Shown piece after piece: positions 25,801 through 31,950 of a stretch of 32,000 nucleotides of DNA. The stretch spans positions 23,411 to 55,410 of the forward strand of contig NZ_JAHDSX010000012.1 of the NCBI RefSeq assembly GCF_020969955.1, given 5' to 3'. Position 1 is the stretch's first letter. Each line of letters opens with the position of its first letter. Position numbers and translations under genes: made by a program. The notes under the pieces are model-generated. The model was not told the DNA's origin. It did no database searches and saw nothing but the letters and a program-made list of their open reading frames with translations. Source of the DNA: Allobaculum fili (GTDB lineage Bacteria > Bacillota_I > Bacilli_A > Erysipelotrichales > Erysipelotrichaceae).

Positions 25801-26114
25801 CGCAGCAGATTACCCTTTGCGGAGATACGCTGCCCGAAGAAGGCGATATTTTTGAAGAGATCGCAAAACTGGAAAAATCCAGCAACGAAGCAGGCGAAGG
25901 AGGTGAGATGATGACTCTGACTATTGACGGCATGTCCTGCCAGCATTGCGTTGCCCGCGTTGAAAAAGCGCTGCAGGGCGTAGAAGGCGTTGAATCCGTA
26001 AAAGTGGATCTCGCCAGCGGCAAGGCAGTTGTAACGGGAAAAGATCTCAGCGCAGCTGCACTGGCAAAAGCCGTAACCGCAGCCGGCTATTCGGTATCCG
26101 CAATCGATGACTGA
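22893..26114 (+). CDS. copA: Copper-translocating P1B-type ATPase with one N-terminal and two C-terminal HMA domains
   Basis: GMTCASCQ, CPC (VISCPCALG), DKTGTIT, SEHPLA, GDGINDAP. Start at 22893 (AAAGGA RBS). The ORF track's upstream start at 22773 has no RBS. The C-terminal extension carries GMTCAHCQ and GMSCQHCV. Confidence 0.9.
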   Translation: MEKEMEKQVFDVSGMTCASCQAAVTRAVSKLDGVESADVSLLAQNMRVEYDPKLVNPAEIEKAVADAGYSATLQQAETGSSKPESAAQIWEDRSERIRKETEDKKKKLICSLILLAILLCFSMLPMLGVFSFFMDMEWMMADACIQMFLSTVILFIQRDFFTHGFKTLLHGSPNMDTLVAVGSSVSFIYGFYGLLTMAYGYGTMDHELIHSGMNALYFESAAMIVTLVSLGKYLEARSKSKTGDALAKLVSLAPKTAFVKRGDDFVEIPAEDVRAGDLVRIVPGASIPVDGTVVEGSGTLDQSAITGESMPVEKAIGDEVMSASTNLNGSFVMRATKVGSDTTLSQIISLVDEAGNSKAPIARLADKVSGVFVPVVLGISLVTLIGWLIAGHSIGFALNCAISVLVISCPCALGLATPLAIMVATGKAAQYGILVKSAGVLEELAKVNTVVLDKTGTITRGKPAVVSLTLFGDRYDADAFMTIAASAESGSEHPLAKAVLEEAKKENRSLYAASDFKAFGGRGLEVMVNGIFVQAGNQAFMNEEHVALDEKALEAASEIARKGGTPLFFAFDHELCGIIGAADEIRPTSRDAIALLRKEGIDVIMLTGDNAQTAKAVSQGLELSNVISDVLPGDKESVIRKLEDEGKIVAMVGDGINDAPALTRADVGFAIQSGTDIAMESADIVLMKNNLLDVVTAVGLSRATIRNIKENLFWAFFYNILGIPVAMGLFYPINGWLLNPMIGAAAMSFSSVTVCLNALRLRFFKPAKAISQMESPEAEKQQEAIQISKLPAVPSAEMTASALASEVSAASTAQKRAETAQPSEPAHKGLKGTPLVWGDAKSAKAAQAAPAARNAEPAAEQTVRFDVDGMTCAHCQKHVTQALQKIDGVRAAEVTLKPGEALVLADRPIELSAYEEAVKDAGYETRTAIPQMSAFLKDFHPQNEGEITALFDDLKKDYPELTWMVYSAPAQQITLCGDTLPEEGDIFEEIAKLEKSSNEAGEGGEMMTLTIDGMSCQHCVARVEKALQGVEGVESVKVDLASGKAVVTGKDLSAAALAKAVTAAGYSVSAIDD

Positions 26115-26182
26115 TTCAAGGATTGAAGCCGAAAACAAAGTTTTTTTCACTGTATTACACTGGTAAAGTTTCAGAAAAGTAC

Positions 26183-26213
26183 AAAAAAAGGGTGCCGAAA
26201 GGCACCTTTTTTT
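26183..26213. terminator. Bidirectional intrinsic terminator between convergent copA and nrdG
   Basis: AAAAAAAG-GGTGCC-GAAA-GGCACC-TTTTTTT. Confidence 0.85.
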
Positions 26214-26275
26214 ACGGCTGAAAGGCAGCGGTTTTTCAAATGGGATGATCGTACGCGTTTAGGCGAACGGCCTGG

Positions 26276-26821
26276 CTAGTTCTGTCCGTTTCCGAAGAAG
26301 GTCGGATCGTACAGGACGATATCCTGCGCCTTGAGCGACGCGGGAACATCGATCAGACGCTGGTTGGACGAGCCGCAGAACAGAAGTGAGAGATCTTTCT
26401 TGGCTTCCACAAACGGGCCGTCGACGAGGACGTTCAGGCTGTTCAGAATGGTGTCGGTCCATGGGGTGTGGCGACGGCCGCCATCGAGCAGGTCGCGGTC
26501 GAGAATGTAGCCGGTGTACATCCAGATCGTTTTTTCCGGGAGTTCTTCACGAACGCGCGCAACCAGATGGGATACGGCTTCCTGATTGGAAATTTCAAAC
26601 GGATCGCCGCCAAGAACGGTCAGGCCGTCGATGTACTTCGGAGCCAGCGCTTTTAAGATTTCGTCTTCGGTCTGGGATGTCCATGGCTTTCCATAGTCGA
26701 AATCCCAGGTTTCCTGCTGGAAGCAGCCAGGGCAATGATTGAGGCATCCGGAGACGAAAAGCGAAACGCGGACACCGGTACCATTGGCAATATCAAATTT
26801 TTTAATTTCACCGTAATTCAT
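26276..26821 (-). CDS. nrdG: Anaerobic ribonucleoside-triphosphate reductase activating protein (radical SAM)
   Basis: MNYGEIKKFDIANGTGVRVSLFVSGCLNHCPGCFQ, with the C-x3-C-x2-C cluster in the NrdG-typical N-terminal context. AAAGGAAAA RBS. Confidence 0.9.
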   Translation of the reverse strand: MNYGEIKKFDIANGTGVRVSLFVSGCLNHCPGCFQQETWDFDYGKPWTSQTEDEILKALAPKYIDGLTVLGGDPFEISNQEAVSHLVARVREELPEKTIWMYTGYILDRDLLDGGRRHTPWTDTILNSLNVLVDGPFVEAKKDLSLLFCGSSNQRLIDVPASLKAQDIVLYDPTFFGNGQN

Positions 26822-27148
26822 GATAGTTTTCCTTTACATTTTTATATATGAATATAAATCCAGTTATCTTTTTTTCGCATCTTCAGCGGCTGAGTCACCA
26901 GACAGGCGGCCTAGGGGTTGAGGGTGCATAGCCAATACTAACGGGCAGAGAATTTTCTGTCAAAAATACCGTACACCCGACAAGCGCAGATGGAGTCTGC
27001 AGAAATCTGCGCCCGCGCAAAGTCGCGGATCCCGCCGATTCCAGACCCTTTCATCGAAAAAGCCGGGAGCAGACGGTAAAATCAGAAGAGAGAACGAAAA
27101 AGAAGAAAAAGCGGCGATCCGTCTGTGAATCGCCATAAGGAGAAAGCC

Positions 27149-27982
27149 ATGTACGCCGTATACAATCTGACCACAAGCCCTAACGTGAGCGTTGAAGACC
27201 AGTCCGGCCCGTTTCGCGTGCTCAAGCACAAGCTGGATTATTCGATCCCGTATGAAAACGCCATGGAAGCCTGGTTTGCGGCGAAAATGGGCAAGCATAA
27301 ACGCCAGCTCGTCTGTTCGCTCGATGTCGATGACGTGCGCATTGCGGAAGGCATGATGCAGTGGATGGTCGGTTATTGCGAAATGGACAGCGGCGTGCGC
27401 AACGTGACTTCGCTGTTTGGGAAAATGATTACCGGCAAAATGACGGGGCAGAAAGCCGTCTCCCCCTGCTATCGCGGGGAAGGCACGATCGTCTGCGAGC
27501 CGGTAGACGATGAGATTTTGCTGATCGATCTGGCGGAGTGGCCTGACGGCATCGTCATTTCGCCCAACAGCTTTCTTGCCTGCTCCGGCGGCGTACGCCA
27601 GAGCGTCACCAGCCGGACGAGTCTGTCTTCGGCCGTATTTGCCAAGGAAGGCCTGTTTTCCATGCGTCTGGATGGAGAGGGCACAGCGGCCATTCTTTCG
27701 CCCTGCGTGGAAGAACAGCTCATTCTTGTGGAAATTACCGACGATGTGCTGCGCGTGGACGGCAGTTTCGCGATCGCCTGGTCGGGCAGCCTGACGCTGA
27801 CCGTGGAAACGCCGGGCTCTTCAGCCACAGCGTCCTTTCTCAGCAAGGAAGGACTTGTGAATACGTACCGAGGAACCGGCAAGGTCCTTCTCGCGCCATT
27901 TATCCGGGAAGAGCTGTCCGAAGACGCTTTAGCAGATTCTGCATCCAAAAACGAGAGCGCTTCTTCCAATACGGTCAGCTGA
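27149..27982 (+). CDS. AIM24-family (DUF124) protein
   Basis: AAGGAGAAAG RBS. Family-typical blocks (…SFLACSGGV…, …KEGLFSMRLDGEGTAAIL…, …LSKEGLVNTYRGTGKVLLAP). Confidence 0.7.
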   Translation: MYAVYNLTTSPNVSVEDQSGPFRVLKHKLDYSIPYENAMEAWFAAKMGKHKRQLVCSLDVDDVRIAEGMMQWMVGYCEMDSGVRNVTSLFGKMITGKMTGQKAVSPCYRGEGTIVCEPVDDEILLIDLAEWPDGIVISPNSFLACSGGVRQSVTSRTSLSSAVFAKEGLFSMRLDGEGTAAILSPCVEEQLILVEITDDVLRVDGSFAIAWSGSLTLTVETPGSSATASFLSKEGLVNTYRGTGKVLLAPFIREELSEDALADSASKNESASSNTVS

Positions 27983-28161
27983 ATGCCGAAATGAGGCCAG
28001 ATTTGGATTTTGTAGGAAATTCTTGATTATTTTTGTCTGTTCTTTTGTATAATCGTTGTTCAAAAAATTTCGTTTTACTAAAATGAAGATGGTGGAAAAG
28101 TGGTTAAACTCAATCGGCGATTTAACCGGATTGAATTTTTACGCAATAGGGAGATGAATTT

Positions 28162-28548
28162 ATGGAACAAAACGGACTGACCAAACGCGAATCCCAAATA
28201 ATGAATATTCTTTGGAACAGCGAACAGCCTATATCTGCACACGAAATTCTGCTGGCTTCCCCGGAACTCAGCCGGAATACGATCCAGATCGTACTCAAAA
28301 AATTACAGACGCTCGGATTTATTGAGGTAGCTGGATTCAGCTATCACAAAAATGCACTGACGCGTACGTTTAAGCCGATTATTTCGCAAAGTCAGTACAT
28401 TGCCCAGTCTCTGGCAGATAATGCCTCTTATGAGCTGGCGATGAACTTCATTCGTCAGACCGAGGATTCAGCGATTCTTGATGAACTGGAAAAGCTGATC
28501 CAGGAAAAGCAGAAACTGCTTCGGTGCGAGAAAGACCGCGGCGAATGA
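28162..28548 (+). CDS. BlaI/MecI/CopY-family winged-helix repressor (no CopY metal-binding Cys motif)
   Basis: LTKRESQIMNILWNSEQPISAHEILL…NTIQIVLKKLQTLGFIE…YHKNALTRTFKPIIS matches the Penicillinase_R layout. There is only one Cys near the C-terminus. GGGAG RBS. Followed by its own terminator. Confidence 0.8.
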   Translation: MEQNGLTKRESQIMNILWNSEQPISAHEILLASPELSRNTIQIVLKKLQTLGFIEVAGFSYHKNALTRTFKPIISQSQYIAQSLADNASYELAMNFIRQTEDSAILDELEKLIQEKQKLLRCEKDRGE

Positions 28549-28615
28549 TCTAAAGGAAAAAAATAAATACGTGGGCAAGCTGACCGCCTGTCCGCAGAAA
28601 CAAGCCTAAAGGCCC

Positions 28616-28649
28616 GCATTCTGGATTTTATAACCAGGATGCTTTTTTT
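28616..28649 (+). terminator. Intrinsic terminator of the BlaI-like gene
   Basis: GCATTCTGG-(9 nt)-CCAGGATGC, a 9-bp stem with one G-U pair, followed by TTTTTTT. Confidence 0.85.
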
Positions 28650-28788
28650 AATGCTCATAAAAAAATAGTTCTATACATTTTTGCCAAAAAAGGCTGGAAA
28701 ATGTCAAAAAATGTACTATGAGCGCTCAAAAATGCACGGCTGAACTCATCGGATATATCATCGTATTCATACCAAGAGGCCTAGTAAA

Positions 28789-29586
28789 ATGGGAAAGAAT
28801 AATACGAAAGATATGAAAATACGACGAGAACGGCTTTTGATGCTCGGACAGAGACCGTTTCCGATCACCATCGAATGGAAGGCGATTCCGGCCCCTGTTC
28901 TGTACGTCAGGGAGGATCTGTCCCTGCATATTTCTCTTTCGCTATATGAGAAAGAAGAAGAAATTCTGTCGAGTCTGCAGTCTCGAGAAGCGGATCTTCT
29001 CTGTCAGATTGCGACGCGGATTCGAAACCGGGACTTTTCCCGTCCAATCGATCTGGGTGAGGAAAACGGGTATCCGTTCTCTGTGCGCACAATTTTCGGT
29101 TTCCCCTGTCACGAAGAAATTTTACCGGGTAAAGATTTCTGCAAGCTTGAGGAAAGCGTATACCGCATCTATACGTCCAGCCTGGACGTTTTTGACCACA
29201 TCCGTACGCTCATTCGCGAAGATCTTAATGCGCGCCTGCAGATCGCCTATAAAGAAGCCTGGGCCGATTCGGCGGATCGTCTGGCAGCCGCCGGACTGGA
29301 TGGACCTTTTCCCGTACTGGAGATTCATGCCGATCAGCCATGGCCGATGCAGGTCGATCTGGATCGGAAGATCGTTCAGGTGCATCCCTACGTCGTGGAA
29401 TATCCCAGAGAATACATTCTCTATTCCGCGCTTTCCGCTCTGGCTCACCTGGCCTGCGAGGAAGATGAGCAGGCGTACGCGTTTTTGATGGATGAACTGC
29501 TCGAAGACTGGGAAGAAATCCGCGAGCATGGCCGCAGAGTGTCCGGCGACCGTAAGCGTTCGAAGCAGCAGTCCTCACTTTCCTGA
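28789..29586 (+). CDS. YgjP/DUF45-like (zincin fold) protein with a degenerate active site
   Basis: The C-terminal block YILYSALSALAHLACEEDEQAYAFLMDELLEDWEEIRE aligns position by position with the DUF45 signature vvHELaHLxExxHxxxFwxL. HExxH is replaced by SALAH (nt 29434-29448). The start is uncertain because the RBS is weak. Confidence 0.55.
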   Translation: MGKNNTKDMKIRRERLLMLGQRPFPITIEWKAIPAPVLYVREDLSLHISLSLYEKEEEILSSLQSREADLLCQIATRIRNRDFSRPIDLGEENGYPFSVRTIFGFPCHEEILPGKDFCKLEESVYRIYTSSLDVFDHIRTLIREDLNARLQIAYKEAWADSADRLAAAGLDGPFPVLEIHADQPWPMQVDLDRKIVQVHPYVVEYPREYILYSALSALAHLACEEDEQAYAFLMDELLEDWEEIREHGRRVSGDRKRSKQQSSLS

Positions 29587-29613
29587 TCCTCGGATCAAGC
29601 GTTGGAAACAGAA

Positions 29614-29668
29614 CAGCCCCGCTTTCTTTCCAGTTCGTTCTGGCAAAGAAAGCGGGGCTGTATATTTT
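29614..29668. terminator. Bidirectional intrinsic terminator between the convergent DUF45-like and surface-protein genes
   Basis: CAGCCCCGCTTTCTTT…AAAGAAAGCGGGGCTG, a 16-bp stem extended by CCAG/CTGG, then a T-rich tail. Confidence 0.85.
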
Positions 29669-29763
29669 GTATTCCGTCCGGCGGGTGTTCTTGAAGCAGC
29701 CTGTTCAAGGGAGTGTTCAAGGATGGCCCGCGTATTCAGAGCGTTTATTTGGCAGGGCGTCGA

Positions 29764-31524
29764 TTATTTCGCGCCTTTATTGTTTTTGCGGGTGATGATG
29801 AAGAATGCGCCAAGGGCAACGAGAGCGCCGATGAACAGACCGATCATCGGGTACAGGTTCGTCTGGGTAGCTGTGTCTGCACCGCTCGATTTGGGCTGTG
29901 CCGCTTTTTCTACGTTAAACGGATCGGTGTTCCAGTTGCGTTCGATCATGCCGTCGTTAAAGCCGAGAATGATCTGTTCGGTTCCGCTGCCGGAAGCAGG
30001 CGGGTTGAAGGAAAGGATCGCGCTGATCTTGGTGTCCGGTTTCATGTTCTTCACCTGATCGGCGTTGAAGGTAACGGTATAGACTTTCTGTTTCTTATCG
30101 TTGGTGGATTCGGCAATTTCCGGTTTTACTTCGGTTCCGTCCACTTTCACGGTTTTAACGCCTGTGAGATACGTACCCTGTTCCTGGGTGAAGGTCAGAA
30201 CCATTTTTTCCGGTTTGTTTTTGAGCGTCAGATTGATGGTCATCGTCTGATCGTTCTTGTTGTAGGATTCGTAGCCGGTCACTGGGTCGCAGACAAAACG
30301 GAACGCATGCTTGGATTCGTAAGGAATGGTATGAATGCCGTTGTCGACATCGGCCAGGATACGGCTGTCACCGGCAGGAGCGTTGCGGTTCAGCTTCAGG
30401 ACAAACTTGATGCTTGAGGTTGCTGTCATGGCATCTACGGCACTCTGCGGGAGCGTTACGAGAACGCCGTTTGTGCTGGCAGCGGTTTTGGTGCTGGATT
30501 GGGAGCTGGACGAATTCGAAGAATCCGAAGTGCTGGAATCGGCTTTGCTTTTCGTCTGAAGTTCGGTTTTTACGCCGTCAATTTCTTTTCCGTCTACGGT
30601 AACGGTGACTTCCGGCAGACGGGCGGATTCGCTGGAGCCGGAAGTCTGATCCTTGATCAGCAGAGCTTCCGGACTGGATTCAAAGCGAACGCTGAGCGAT
30701 TTTGGCTTCTGGCTGGCTTTGAGATCGAGCGTCCAGGTCGCATCCTGTGCGGAGTAATTGCTGGAAACGGAGGACCAGTCGCTGGTCAGTTCAAAATCGC
30801 AGCTCTGTTCCTGCATTTCGTCGTGGGAAGCGTCAGTCGCGTTTTTACCGGCATACACCTGGGAAGTGGTACGGATTTCTACATCCTTGCTTCCGGAATA
30901 GGCGTTGAAGGTGAAGACGACAACGTCGCCGTCGCGCAGATCCTTAAGCCGATCCGCGGAGAAGGAATACAGGTATTTTCCGTCGAGGTCCGAAGTCGTC
31001 TGATCGCGTCCGTCGATCTCGATCGCTTTGTTTGCGACCGTAATGGAAGCGGGTTCCGGATCAATTTCAGCATCGCCGCCGGCGGTCTGAACCCAGTTCA
31101 GCTGGAAGGCCAGCGATGTCGGAACTTTTTTCACGGTAAACGTGCAGGTCAGCGTGTTCTTTTCCTTGTCAAAAGCGGAGGATGTGTACTCTACAAACTC
31201 CGATTTTTCTTCCGAAGAAGAGTCGGAAGAATCCGAAGAGTCCGAGCTGGAATCGGAAGAATCCGCAGCCGGATTTTTCTCCGTCTGATTGTTCTGGATT
31301 TTTTCTACGGGAATCGGCTTGGACGGAGTACCGGACGGGCTGGTTCCCGGATCGTTTTCCCCTTTCAGCGCCTCTTCGTTTGCGGCATCTGCAGCGGAAG
31401 AATCCGTTACGGTCGAAGTTTCTTCTTCCGGTGCGGTATTCTCCTGAGCAAATAAAGGGAAGGTTCCCAGAGAAAGAGAGGCGGAGAGCAGCAGAGCTGC
31501 CAGAGAGCGGACATTAGATTTCAT
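29764..31524 (-). CDS. Repeat-containing cell-surface protein with Ser/Asp-rich linkers and a C-terminal hydrophobic anchor
   Basis: Start at MKSNVRSLAALLLSASLSLGTFPLFAQE (signal peptide, AAGGAAAAA RBS). Three related ~100-aa modules. Linkers SSDSSSDSSDSSDSSSEE and SSTSDSSNSSSSQSS. C-terminus …TQTNLYPMIGLFIGALVALGAFFIITRKNNKGAK. Confidence 0.8.
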   Translation of the reverse strand: MKSNVRSLAALLLSASLSLGTFPLFAQENTAPEEETSTVTDSSAADAANEEALKGENDPGTSPSGTPSKPIPVEKIQNNQTEKNPAADSSDSSSDSSDSSDSSSEEKSEFVEYTSSAFDKEKNTLTCTFTVKKVPTSLAFQLNWVQTAGGDAEIDPEPASITVANKAIEIDGRDQTTSDLDGKYLYSFSADRLKDLRDGDVVVFTFNAYSGSKDVEIRTTSQVYAGKNATDASHDEMQEQSCDFELTSDWSSVSSNYSAQDATWTLDLKASQKPKSLSVRFESSPEALLIKDQTSGSSESARLPEVTVTVDGKEIDGVKTELQTKSKADSSTSDSSNSSSSQSSTKTAASTNGVLVTLPQSAVDAMTATSSIKFVLKLNRNAPAGDSRILADVDNGIHTIPYESKHAFRFVCDPVTGYESYNKNDQTMTINLTLKNKPEKMVLTFTQEQGTYLTGVKTVKVDGTEVKPEIAESTNDKKQKVYTVTFNADQVKNMKPDTKISAILSFNPPASGSGTEQIILGFNDGMIERNWNTDPFNVEKAAQPKSSGADTATQTNLYPMIGLFIGALVALGAFFIITRKNNKGAK

Positions 31525-31910
31525 ATCAGCAATTTTTCCTTTCTTAAACACCCGGACCAGCACAGGGCAGCGTCTTGAACAGACAGCCGGCCGCTGCGGA
31601 AGCGGGCAAATGAAAAAGCAGAGTCAGAATTCAGCCCGGGCTCTTCTCAAAAAAAGCGCGGGGCGAAAGATCTCCTGCATAGCAGGATACGGGATGCCGC
31701 GAAAGCTGTCAGTTCAAAAACAATTGCACAGCCATTTTCGCGGATTGATTCGCCCTCTATTCTACTAGCCAATTCGGGCGAAAACAAACGCATATTGAAA
31801 ACGCAAACAAATGAAAGAAATGAAGCAAGCCGGGTTAAAAAGATACAGAACGCTTCAAAGAGCGTATCCGGAATGTAAGCGTCAAATAAAAGACGGGTAT
31901 TTTCTCGACC

Positions 31911-31949
31911 GCCTCCTTGGGATAATTCCTTTATTCAAGGAGGCTTTTT
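31911..31949 (+). promoter_or_regulatory. Terminator-shaped hairpin that sequesters the SD of the downstream gene
   Basis: GCCTCCTTG (31911-31919), a 16-nt loop, CAAGGAGGC (31936-31944), TTTTT, then C and the ATG at 31951. Confidence 0.55.
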
Positions 31950-31950
31950 C

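Noticed and set aside
26880-27060. GC-rich structured segment considered as a housekeeping ncRNA (SRP RNA, RNase P RNA, tmRNA, 6S) or a cobalamin riboswitch.
   Set aside because: I found none of the diagnostic conserved cores on either strand: GGAAGCAGCC for SRP, GAGGAAAGTCC for RNase P, a tRNA-like CCA end for tmRNA, or GCCACTG for the B12 box. It is left as an unexplained structured spacer.
29702-29722. Direct repeat TGTTCAAGG-GAG-TGTTCAAGG, with a related TGTTCTTGAAG at 29686, just downstream of the surface-protein stop.
   Set aside because: It is short and lies between a terminator and a stop codon with no obvious target gene. It may be part of the terminator region or due to chance.
30499-31455. 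318-aa and 234-aa (29713..30417) plus-strand ORFs overlapping the surface-protein gene.
   Set aside because: They are antisense to a gene with a signal peptide, an RBS and a modular repeat structure. Their translations are Gly/Arg/Phe-rich and repetitive because they mirror the Ser/Asp tracts.
31649-31703. T7 run preceded by CGCGG…CCGCG and an inner TCCTGC-TAT-GCAGGA hairpin in the leader of the surface-protein gene (minus strand), a possible attenuator.
   Set aside because: The closing stem is only 5 bp around a ~45-nt interior, and the stable inner hairpin is not adjacent to the U-tract. The promoter position is also uncertain, so the case is not convincing.
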